In this document: in pieces, positions 39,548-47,227 of the stretch
How the letters are laid out: every line of letters begins with the position of its first letter
Position numbering within the stretch: the first letter of the stretch is position 1
Assembly (NCBI GenBank): GCA_035708265.1
Contig: DASSSV010000461.1
Span: 1 to 47,227 of the forward strand
DNA: 47,227 bases
From: Thermomicrobiales bacterium
GTDB taxonomy: Bacteria > Chloroflexota > Chloroflexia > Thermomicrobiales > CADCWN01
Direction of reading: 5' to 3'
Position numbers and translations under genes: made by a program
Notes under the pieces: model-generated
The model's input: only the letters and a program-made list of their open reading frames with translations
What the model was told of the DNA's origin: nothing
The model's database searches: none

Positions 39548-39711
39548 GGCGAGGCGTTGGGCGTTAGGCGTTAGGTGACGGCGGCGCGCCCGCCCACGAT
39601 CAACAACCAACCGCCGCCGACCGTCTTCCGCCGCCCATCGCCCGCCGCCTATCCCCTCTCGTCCGTCTCCTACCGCCTAACGCCTAACGCCTAACGCCTA
39701 ACGCCTTACCC
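39548..39711. repeat. heptamer-word element (GGCGTTA / CCTAACG words) with inverted arms
   Basis: ggcgaggcgttgggcgttaggcgttagg (left) is complementary to cctaacg x4 (ccgcctaacgcctaacgcctaacgcctaacgcc, right), about 100 nt apart. The right arm supplies the last two codons and the stop of the GT-C gene. Confidence 0.8.
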
Positions 39712-41734
39712 GGTAGATCACGATCGTCGGCCGCTCGGTGGGGCCGTCGCGGTAGACCTCGTCGAGCCGGGGGGTGAGGCGGGCGAAGGTGGCGACGCCG
39801 CGCGCGAGGCGGCCGTCGGGGTCGAAGCGCTCGGCGTAGCGCAGGTTCGCTTCGTTGACCAGCAAGTAGTCGACGTGCTCGGCGCGCAGCGTCGCCAGCG
39901 CGTCGGCCGGGTCGGGGTGCGCCTCGGTCACCGCCAGGAGGTTGACGTTGAGGTGGTCGGCCTCGACCGGGAAGTCGAAGTAGAAGACCTGCGCCTCGTC
40001 GAAGCAGCGCACCGTCTCGCCGGGGCGCACGCGGCCGGCCAGGAAACTCAGGGCGCGGTAGGACGCGCCGGTCGTGATGCTCTGGCGCAGGTAGGCGTCC
40101 TGCGACTCGCGGCCGAGCAGTACGCCGACCGGGCGGTCGGCCCCGACCTGCAGGGCCGTCACGCCGAGCGTCAGCAGCGCGCAGGCGATCAGCGCCGGCC
40201 GGACCGCCCGGCGCAGCCCGCGGCGCGCCCGGGCGGCGCGCAGGACGTAGGCGGTCGCCAGCGCGAGCGGCGCGCAGAGCGGCAGCAGGTAGCGCAACTC
40301 CTGGAAGCCGGCCGCCCAGCCGGCGAAGATGGCGGCGGAGAGGATCAGGCAGTAGCCGAGGTCGCGGCGGCGCGGGAGGGCGACGAGCGCCGGCAGGAGG
40401 ACGAAGAGCGGGCTGAGGATGGCGAAGCGCTGCTCGATGTCGCCGCGCAGGTAGACCTGGAGCGGCAGGGCGAGGTAGCCGGCGATGGTGCGCGGGCTCA
40501 GGGCCATGCCGCGCGCGTAGTAGGTCAGGAGCGCCGGCACACCGGCGCCGAGGTCGCGCCCGCCGAAGAAGAGCGGCCAGAGCGGGTTGCCGAGCGCGAG
40601 CCAGTTCTTGGCGTACCAGGGCGCCGCCACGACGGCCGCCGCGCCGAGGAAGACCGCGATGTCGCCGGCGACCGCGCGCACGCCGCGGCGGAGGCGCCAC
40701 GCGCCGTCGATCGCGAACAGCAGCGCCAGCACCGGCACGACGAAGAGCGCCTGGTACTTCGTGCCGAGCGCCAGCCCGCCGCAGACGCCCGCCAGGAGCA
40801 GCCAGCGCCGCGCGGCCGGACCGGCATCGTCATCGTAGGCGCGCAACGCCGCCGCCAGCATCAGGAGGACGTAGCAGGCCAGCGCCAGGTCCACATCGGC
40901 CACGCGCGCCCAGACGGTGACGAGCGGCGTGGCAAGGAAGACCGCGAGCGCCAGCCAGGCGGTTGGCCCGTCGAAGCGGCGGCGGGCCAGCGCCCAGAGC
41001 GCCAGCGCGGTCACGCCACCGAACGCCAGGTGGAGGAGTTGCCCGAAGACGAGACTGCCGAAGGCGAGGCCGACGCCGTAGAGGACCTCGGCGGTGAAGG
41101 GCAGGTTGGCGTACTCCAGGTGGGGCAGCGGCGCGATGTGGCCGGTCTGGAGATAGCGCTCGGGCGCGACCAGATGGTACGAGAGCGGGTCGTAGTGGTG
41201 CGGCGGCGTCAGCGCGCCGAGCAGCGCCAGCAGCGTCGCGCCGGCGAGGAGCACGACCAGCACCGGCACGCCGCGCGGCATCGTCCCGGCGACCTCGCGC
41301 GCCCGCCGCGCCGCGCGGAGCAACCCGGCCGCGCCCGTGGCCAGATCGCGCCGCAGCAGGATCGCCGCCAGCGCGACCGCCGCCAGCAGCACCGGCGGCC
41401 GATAGAGCCCCAAGAACCCGAGCGCCAGTGCCGCGTAGGCCAGCGCGCCGAGCCCGAGCCCCGTCGCGTAGGCCGCGCCCTCGGCCGGCGCCGCCGTCAG
41501 GCGGAGGGCGCGCAGCAGCCGCGCGCCGAGCGCGTGCGCCAGCAGCAGCGCGCCGCCGAGGAGGCCCACGTCGAACAGCCGGGCCAGCGGCACGAGCGCG
41601 CTCGTCGCCGTCGGCGGCAGCGCCACGACGCGCTGGTGCGCGGAGAAGAGCGCTAGCGCCAGCGCGGCCGCCGCGGCGGGCCGGAGCAGGGCCGCCGCCG
41701 ACTTCCCCCGCAGCGGCAACGACGCCGCCCTCAC
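39698..41734 (-). CDS. GT-C fold membrane glycosyltransferase (ArnT/PMT-like, families 39/83) with a soluble C-terminal domain
   Basis: C-terminal 678 aa of track ORF 39698..43030, from GTG 41734 (GTGA overlap with the upstream stop). Many TM helices: ...HHYDPLSYHLVAPERYLQTGHI...GTKYQALFVVPVLALL...PWYAKNWLALGNPLWPLF. Confidence 0.65.
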   Translation of the reverse strand: MRAASLPLRGKSAAALLRPAAAAALALALFSAHQRVVALPPTATSALVPLARLFDVGLLGGALLLAHALGARLLRALRLTAAPAEGAAYATGLGLGALAYAALALGFLGLYRPPVLLAAVALAAILLRRDLATGAAGLLRAARRAREVAGTMPRGVPVLVVLLAGATLLALLGALTPPHHYDPLSYHLVAPERYLQTGHIAPLPHLEYANLPFTAEVLYGVGLAFGSLVFGQLLHLAFGGVTALALWALARRRFDGPTAWLALAVFLATPLVTVWARVADVDLALACYVLLMLAAALRAYDDDAGPAARRWLLLAGVCGGLALGTKYQALFVVPVLALLFAIDGAWRLRRGVRAVAGDIAVFLGAAAVVAAPWYAKNWLALGNPLWPLFFGGRDLGAGVPALLTYYARGMALSPRTIAGYLALPLQVYLRGDIEQRFAILSPLFVLLPALVALPRRRDLGYCLILSAAIFAGWAAGFQELRYLLPLCAPLALATAYVLRAARARRGLRRAVRPALIACALLTLGVTALQVGADRPVGVLLGRESQDAYLRQSITTGASYRALSFLAGRVRPGETVRCFDEAQVFYFDFPVEADHLNVNLLAVTEAHPDPADALATLRAEHVDYLLVNEANLRYAERFDPDGRLARGVATFARLTPRLDEVYRDGPTERPTIVIYRVRR

Positions 41735-42936
41735 GCGCGCACCTCCACCAGCGAAGCGCGCGCGGCCGCCTCGCGCGCCCGCGGGATCCGCACGACGCGC
41801 CAGGCCGCCCAGGCGACGATGGCGAGGATGACGACCTCCCGGGCCGCCGTCGGCGCCAGGAGCACTGGCGCGTCGACCCAGCCGGCCCAACTGCGCTCGG
41901 CGACCGCGACCAGGATCGCGCCGAAGTAGGCGAGGTCCGCCACGGCGAAGACGGCCGCGAGCAGCGGCGGCGCGGCCAGCAATGCCAGCAGGACGACCAG
42001 CCAGAGGCTGTACTGCGGGCTGTAGACCTTGTTGATGAAGAACCACCAGGCGAGCGCCACCAGCGCGGCCGCCATGAGCGCCTCGCCGTCGCGCCCCGCG
42101 CCGCGGCGTCGGGCGACGATCAGCAGCGCCGCGGCGACGGCCAGGCCCGCCAGCAACAGCGCCGCGCTCCAGGTGTTGATCTGCGCGGTCGTCAGCCTGA
42201 GTCCGGATGGGTCGAGCAGCGTCCAGAGGTTGGCCTCGCGCGGGCGCTGCTGGTTGAAGCGGAAGAACCAGAGCCAGCTCTCGCGCGGGCGTGGCCCGGC
42301 CGGCGTCCACTGGAGGGCGACCGGCGCGTTCATCGCGACGCTCGCGACGGCGAAGACGCCGGTGAACTCGAGCGCGTCGCGCCAGCGGCGGCGCAGCAGG
42401 CGGTCGAGCACAACGAGCGGCACGACGACGATCGGGAAGAACTTGGTCCAGACCGCGCCCGCGAGCAGGAGCGCACCCCAGCGGTCGCGCCCGCGGCCGA
42501 GGAGGACGAACGCGCCGACCAGCAGCAGGATCGCGAGCATGTCCCAGTTGAGCGCGGCGTAGAGCAGCAGCGCCGGCGAGAGCGCCAGGAGCCAGAGGTT
42601 CGCGCCGGGGATCGCGCGCCCCAGCCGGACCGTCAGCGCGCCGGCGACTGCGAGGAGGACGGCGGTCGCGAGGAAGTACGCCCGCGCGCCGTGGACGAAG
42701 CCGAGCAGCCAGATGACGAGGCCCATCCCGACGGGGTATTCCAGCGGGTAGCCGAAGTAGGGCACCGGGTGCCCGGCGAGGTGGTCGCGCGCGTAGAGCG
42801 CCGCGACGTCCGAGTAGAGCGCGACGCCGTGGAGGGCGACCCCGCCGGCCAGCAGCAACGCGGCGACGACCAGCGGCCCGCCGCCGATCCCGGCGAGCCA
42901 TCCCCCGGCCTTCGGCTCTCCGACCCGCTGCCTCAT
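41731..42936 (-). CDS. DUF2029/GT87-like polyprenyl-phosphate-sugar-dependent membrane glycosyltransferase
   Basis: Track ORF. SDVAALYARDHLAGHPVPYFGYPLEYPVGMGLVIWLL...AVWTKFFPIVVVP...; polytopic throughout. Confidence 0.6.
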   Translation of the reverse strand: MRQRVGEPKAGGWLAGIGGGPLVVAALLLAGGVALHGVALYSDVAALYARDHLAGHPVPYFGYPLEYPVGMGLVIWLLGFVHGARAYFLATAVLLAVAGALTVRLGRAIPGANLWLLALSPALLLYAALNWDMLAILLLVGAFVLLGRGRDRWGALLLAGAVWTKFFPIVVVPLVVLDRLLRRRWRDALEFTGVFAVASVAMNAPVALQWTPAGPRPRESWLWFFRFNQQRPREANLWTLLDPSGLRLTTAQINTWSAALLLAGLAVAAALLIVARRRGAGRDGEALMAAALVALAWWFFINKVYSPQYSLWLVVLLALLAAPPLLAAVFAVADLAYFGAILVAVAERSWAGWVDAPVLLAPTAAREVVILAIVAWAAWRVVRIPRAREAAARASLVEVRA

Positions 42937-43010
42937 CCGTCACTCCCCGCTGTCGCCAGTCTGTTCGATGGCGCGCCGCGCGGCAATGGACCATTGGTCC
43001 TACAAACGGC

Positions 43011-44222
43011 TCAGCCGACGAACGACCCACCCACGTAGAGCGTCAGGGCCAGGGTCAGGAGCGCCGCCGAGCCGATCAGCCAGGCGCGGTGGCGGCGCCC
43101 TTCGCCCAGCAGCAGCGCCAGGACGACGAAGCAGGGGAAGAGGACCAGGACGAAGCGCGAGGCCGACATCAGCGGCGACCGCCCGCCCTCGCGCAGCAGG
43201 ATCACGGCGATCTGCGGGACGGCGTAGAGCGTGTAGGTCAGGGGCAGGCGGCGCGCCCCGGCCGCGAGGAGCGCGACCGCGAGGCCGAGCGCGAGCAGGT
43301 TGCTCGCCTCGACGACGTCGGCGTGCGCGACGATGTATTGCCCGCTGTGGAGCAGCAACGTCCAGGGCGCCGCCGACCCGCCGCCCCAGGCCTGCTCGGC
43401 CTGGAAGAGGGTCAGGCCGCTCGCCAGCCGACCGAAGACGAAGAACGCGCCGAAGGCCGCGGCCGGCAGGAGCGGGACGAGCGCCGCGTGCCACGCCCGG
43501 CGGTCCCCCGCTTGCCGCCACTGGCGGTAGACCTCCCAGGCCAGCGGCACCGCCAGCAGGACGCCCTGCGTGCGCGCCAGCCCGGTGAGGAGGGCTAGCG
43601 GCGCCGCCCGGCCCCACTCGCCGCGCCGCGCCAGGTAAAGCGCCCAGACTGCCAGCGCCAGGTAGAGCGCCTCGGCGTAGGGGACGAAGAGGAAGATCGC
43701 CGTCGGGAAGAGCGCGAGGGCGAGCGTCGCGCGCCGCGCGACCGCGGGGCCGAAGTCGCGCGCGACCAGCCGCTGGAGCCCGACCAGCGCCGCCACGGTC
43801 GCGACGCCGGAGACGACCAGCCCGGCCAGCGTCAGGTCGCCGCCCAGCACCGTCGCCGCGGCGCGCGTCAGCGCCGGGTAGAGCGGGAAGAAGGCGACAC
43901 CCTCGTCGCCGGGGCGGTAGCCCCCGGCGGCGATCCGCTGGTAGAAGCAGGCGTCGTAGCGCTCCCAGACGCCCAGGAGGCGGAAGCCGAGCCCGGCCGG
44001 GTGCATCTGCGGCGCGGGCACCGAGAGGGCACAGGCCGGGCGCACCGGCACGATCGTCGCCAGCGCGAACGCGAAGAGGGAGAAGGCTGCGCGGAGCCCG
44101 AGGCCGAGCAGCAGGGCCAGGCGGAGGTCGGGGGGGCAGGCGCGGCCGAGCCGGCCGAGCCGGGCCGCGACCGGCGCGCCGGGCAGGGCGACCGTGCCGG
44201 CCGGCTCAGACCGGGAGCGCAT
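43011..44222 (-). CDS. PIG-V/GT76-like membrane mannosyltransferase family protein
   Basis: In-frame ATG 44222 of track ORF 43011..44312. WERYDACFYQRIAAGGYRPGDEGVAFFPLYPAL...FLFVPYAEALYLALAVWALYLARRGEW...GLARTQGVLLAVP. Confidence 0.6.
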   Translation of the reverse strand: MRSRSEPAGTVALPGAPVAARLGRLGRACPPDLRLALLLGLGLRAAFSLFAFALATIVPVRPACALSVPAPQMHPAGLGFRLLGVWERYDACFYQRIAAGGYRPGDEGVAFFPLYPALTRAAATVLGGDLTLAGLVVSGVATVAALVGLQRLVARDFGPAVARRATLALALFPTAIFLFVPYAEALYLALAVWALYLARRGEWGRAAPLALLTGLARTQGVLLAVPLAWEVYRQWRQAGDRRAWHAALVPLLPAAAFGAFFVFGRLASGLTLFQAEQAWGGGSAAPWTLLLHSGQYIVAHADVVEASNLLALGLAVALLAAGARRLPLTYTLYAVPQIAVILLREGGRSPLMSASRFVLVLFPCFVVLALLLGEGRRHRAWLIGSAALLTLALTLYVGGSFVG

Positions 44223-45546
44223 CGGCGTCCCCGGCCGTGGCCGCGCGCGTCGCGCCCAGCAGGCCCCCGGCTCCTCCCGCCAGTTCCCGGCCGAGCAGCG
44301 CGATCGCGGCAAGGAGGAGGAGCACGGTCGGCACGATCGTCAGGCCGGCCGAGGGGACGAAGGCGAAATTGAGTGCCCAGGCGTAGCCGGCCCAGAGGAG
44401 CGCGAGCCAGCCGCGCGCGCGCCGCGCCCCCCAGGCGCCGGAGAGCGCGCGCGCGGCGACGAGCCATGCCGGGAGGAGCAGGACCGGGAGGTCGTGCCCG
44501 TAGACGTGCGTCGCGACGAGCACCGCCACCAGGCAGGCCAGCGCCCAGAGCGCGTCGTCCCGCCACTGGCCGAGCCGCGCACGCGAGCGCGACCAGATCC
44601 AGACGAAGAGCGCCACCAGGAGCGCGGCGAGGCCGGCGTAGGCCGGCGTGACCAGCGCGGGCGCCCAGCCGCCGAGCAGATTGACCGCGAAGCCGCGCAG
44701 CGACGGCATGATGATCGGATAGACGTTGGCGCTCGCGCCGAGACGCCCGAGGTCGACCAGGACGAAGCGGGCGTACTGGAGCGGCCAGGCGACGCCGAGC
44801 ACCGGCATCGCCGCCACGCACGCGCCGCCCGCCACGCCGGCCGCGACGGCGAGGGTGCGCCAGCGCCGCTCCAGCGCCAGCAGCAGGACCACGACCGGCA
44901 CCAGTTGCGGCTTCAGCACCAGCAGCGCCAGCCAGGCGCCGGCCCGGCCCTCCCGCCCGCGCCGCAGCGCCGCGTAGGCTCCGGCCAGTCCCAGCAGCAG
45001 CAGGGGAGAACTCTGCCCGTACCAGAGGGCCGCGTGGAAGGGGACGAAGGAGCCGGCGGCCAGGAGCATCAACCAGCGGGCCGGCGCCGGCAGCGGCAGC
45101 GCGGCGGCGAGCAACCGGAGCGCCCCGGCGAAGGCCAGCACCATCCCGAGCGTCCAGATGGCGTAGATCGCCGCGTAGGGCAGGCGCATCAGCGGCGCCA
45201 GCGCCAGCGCCTCGAAGGGCGGGTGGATGTACGGCAGGACCGTCCCGGGCTTGAGCGTCACGTAGCCGGCGACCACGCGCGCCTGGGCGGCCTGCTGCGT
45301 GTCGAGGTCGTAGAGGCGGGGCCCCGCGCCGTCGGCGACGACGCGCGCACCGGTCAGCGTCGCCATAAAGTCGAGGCCGCGCACGTAGGTCTCGGGGCCG
45401 CCGCGCACGCGCATGGCGTTCCCCCAGACCAGCAGTTGCCCGGCGATGAGGCAGACGGCGACCGCCGCCGCCAGCAGTGCCGGGAACGACCAGCGGCCCG
45501 ATATTGGGCGCTGAGATGCGACTGGTGCCCCCGTCAGCAGGGTCAA
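44206..45546 (-). CDS. DUF2029/GT87-like membrane glycosyltransferase (second copy)
   Basis: Frame of track ORF 44206..45657. The start is uncertain; TTG 45546 follows GGGAGGGG. RLYDLDTQQAAQARV...LPYIHPPFEALALAPL...ALLVLKPQLVPVVVLLL; polytopic. Confidence 0.55.
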   Translation of the reverse strand: MTLLTGAPVASQRPISGRWSFPALLAAAVAVCLIAGQLLVWGNAMRVRGGPETYVRGLDFMATLTGARVVADGAGPRLYDLDTQQAAQARVVAGYVTLKPGTVLPYIHPPFEALALAPLMRLPYAAIYAIWTLGMVLAFAGALRLLAAALPLPAPARWLMLLAAGSFVPFHAALWYGQSSPLLLLGLAGAYAALRRGREGRAGAWLALLVLKPQLVPVVVLLLALERRWRTLAVAAGVAGGACVAAMPVLGVAWPLQYARFVLVDLGRLGASANVYPIIMPSLRGFAVNLLGGWAPALVTPAYAGLAALLVALFVWIWSRSRARLGQWRDDALWALACLVAVLVATHVYGHDLPVLLLPAWLVAARALSGAWGARRARGWLALLWAGYAWALNFAFVPSAGLTIVPTVLLLLAAIALLGRELAGGAGGLLGATRAATAGDADALPV

Positions 45547-45699
45547 GGCGGTCCCCTCCCACGCACGCCGGCCCGGAGCGGCGCGCTCCACGCAATTGCA
45601 CACGCCGCGCCCGCGCGCCCCTAGTCCAACGATAGGCGCGCCGCCCGGCGTCGACAATCGCCAATTGGTCCCGCTTCGCCGCGGCGGACGTCCCGGCGC

Positions 45700-47227
45700 T
45701 CACTCGCGCCGCGCACCGGAGGCCGCCGCCCCGTCCGGCTGCACCGTGCGGAACGAGAAGTCGGCGAACCAGACCTCGCCGGAGTCGGCCTGCGCGTAGA
45801 CCGTCGCCGTCGCGGCGCCGGCCGGGGCGGTCGCCAGCATCGAGAAGGTGTGGTCGCCGCGCGGGCTGGCCGGCGCCGCCTCGATCGTGTCTCCGACCAC
45901 CCTGCCGGCCCGGTCCCGCCAAGTGACGCGCAGCCGCGCCCACGCCTCGCCTCCCGCGCTCCGCGTGACGTGGGAGAGCAGGTACTGGACGTTCGGCGTC
46001 ACCGGGACGGTAGTACTCAGGTAGTCGTTCGTCGTCGCCAGGACGGCGTGCGTGGCCGCGTCGTAGCGCGGCTGTCCGGTCGCCACCCAGCCCGCGGGTA
46101 CGCCGACCGGCCCCGCGGCCAGCTCCCCGTTCGGCAGCAGCTCGTGTCCCTGCGCCCAGGACTGCTCCTTGCCGCGCTGGTCGGGTGGCAGGAGGCTGTA
46201 GACGTACGTGTTATCGCCGTCGCCACCACCGACGAGGACGGTGTTGCGGCGCAGGAATTCCTCGGTCAACAGCGGCGCCGCATCCCAACTGGGCGCATCG
46301 AAATAGGGCGGGCGGCCGAAGTACCAGCGACCGAGCACGATGTAGGTGACGTGACCCGCGTCCAGCCGCGCCAGCGCCGTGGCCGCGTCGGTGGCGCTGG
46401 TCGGCCCGTCGCCCACGAACGTTTGCGGGCTGCTCAGGCGAGCGCGAGTGTAGAGCAGGCCGGGATCTGGGACGACAAACACCCCCCCGACATCGGGCTG
46501 CTGATCGACCAGGTGGAGTGCAGTGTAACCGGCGCAGCAGAAGCTGTAGCGCGACAGGTAGGTCGCCCGATCCTGGCGCCCGAGCACGTAGTCGCGCTCG
46601 TAGGTCGGCACCCGCAGTTGGAGGGCGCCCCCCGCCGCGGCGAGCACAACGACGAGGACGCCGAGTGCAGCGCGCGGCGCGGCGCCTTTGATGCCCTGCT
46701 GCACCGAGACGTAGGCCAGCCCGGCGACCGGGAGGAACATGGCCAGGATCGGCAGGCCGTAGCGCAGATACTGCGCGGTGTAGAACCAGAGCAGCGTCGC
46801 GACCGCGATCCCCGCGCAGAGCGCCAGCGCGCGCGGGCGGGGCCGCGCGACGAGGAGCAGGGGGCCGAGCCCGAAGAACAGGTACCCGATCAACCTGCCG
46901 AATGGTCCCCAGGGCGTCGGCGGCCACTCGAAGGCGTCGGTGTGGAAGGTCAGCGCGAATGGGAGCCGCGCCAGGTCGGCCGGCGAGCGCCCGATCCCAA
47001 ACCTCACCAGGTCACCCATTATGGCCGGGTCTGCCCCGGCGCCGCGGGTCAGCGAGGCGGTCGCCAGCGCCAGTCCCGGCACCTGTCCGGTCAGGAGCGC
47101 GCTGCGCGCGAGAGGCGCTGCCACGGTCAGGAGCGCCGCCGCGGCCAGGAGCGCGACGAGACGCGCGACGGCCAGCGGTCCGCCGCGCCGTAGCGCCAGC
47201 AGACCGAGGAGCACGGCCAGGCCGACG
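45700..47227 (-). CDS. large membrane protein, probable GT-C glycosyltransferase, with a C-terminal carbohydrate-binding-like beta-sandwich domain; 5' end outside the window
   Basis: Track ORF 45700..47214. The frame stays open to the window end (…VGLAV LLGLLAL…). N-terminal TM helices, a central soluble region, and a C-terminal NGELAAG..GVPAGWVATG...YLLSHVTRSAGGEAWARLRVTWRD...ATVYAQADSGEVWFADFSF that resembles CBM4/9-type modules. Confidence 0.6.
   Translation of the reverse strand, partial: VGLAVLLGLLALRRGGPLAVARLVALLAAAALLTVAAPLARSALLTGQVPGLALATASLTRGAGADPAIMGDLVRFGIGRSPADLARLPFALTFHTDAFEWPPTPWGPFGRLIGYLFFGLGPLLLVARPRPRALALCAGIAVATLLWFYTAQYLRYGLPILAMFLPVAGLAYVSVQQGIKGAAPRAALGVLVVVLAAAGGALQLRVPTYERDYVLGRQDRATYLSRYSFCCAGYTALHLVDQQPDVGGVFVVPDPGLLYTRARLSSPQTFVGDGPTSATDAATALARLDAGHVTYIVLGRWYFGRPPYFDAPSWDAAPLLTEEFLRRNTVLVGGGDGDNTYVYSLLPPDQRGKEQSWAQGHELLPNGELAAGPVGVPAGWVATGQPRYDAATHAVLATTNDYLSTTVPVTPNVQYLLSHVTRSAGGEAWARLRVTWRDRAGRVVGDTIEAAPASPRGDHTFSMLATAPAGAATATVYAQADSGEVWFADFSFRTVQPDGAAASGARRE

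Noticed and set aside
39698-43030. Single 1110-aa ORF
   Set aside because: The N-terminal third is Arg-rich out-of-frame text overlapping the well-formed 41731..42936 membrane protein. A GTG at 41734 overlapping that gene's stop (GTGA) gives a coherent 678-aa GT-C protein.

Overview
Very GC-rich bacterial chromosomal window with dense coding on both strands. The gene set (cdaA-cdaR, rplI-dnaB followed by DnaD-like and DnaI/DnaC-like genes, many GT-C membrane glycosyltransferases) and the repeat style suggest a Chloroflexota/Thermomicrobia-like organism; this is inference only. Left to right: (1) the end of a phage-like or integrative element: Dam-type methylase, RHH plus XRE operon, an AT-rich palindromic switch region, a divergent XRE repressor-like gene and a tRNA 3'-half remnant; (2) housekeeping genes: kynureninase, a ThDP enzyme, an ANTAR response regulator, cdaA/cdaR, a large TPR protein, DnaI/DnaC-like and DnaD-like genes, an intein-containing DnaB, and L9; (3) GH127, a formamidase-family enzyme and a frameshifted lipoprotein gene; (4) a surface-glycan cluster: acyltransferase, GT2, RmlD-like reductase, CapE/FnlA-like dehydratase, GT4 and UDP-GlcNAc 2-epimerase; (5) an rsr (Ro60/TROVE+vWA) gene preceded by a tandem array of tRNA-shaped RNAs that each carry a conserved internal module; (6) peroxiredoxin, Nudix, a MacB-type ABC pair and an SGNH hydrolase; (7) two small unknown ORFs; (8) five consecutive GT-C-type membrane glycosyltransferase genes. 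The most interesting signal is the rsr locus. Its RNAs look like Y-RNA/YrlA relatives, but with ordinary tRNA topology, or alternatively like tRNA genes with a novel short intervening sequence. The second notable signal is a family of intergenic elements built from 7-nt tandem words, usually arranged as imperfect inverted arrays. Several gene pairs overlap by GTGA (1061..1064, 28552..28555, 41731..41734), which suggests translational coupling. Many long track ORFs are antisense or out-of-frame artefacts of the GC-rich sequence. All calls come from reading the sequence and the ORF track; no searches or folding programs were run.
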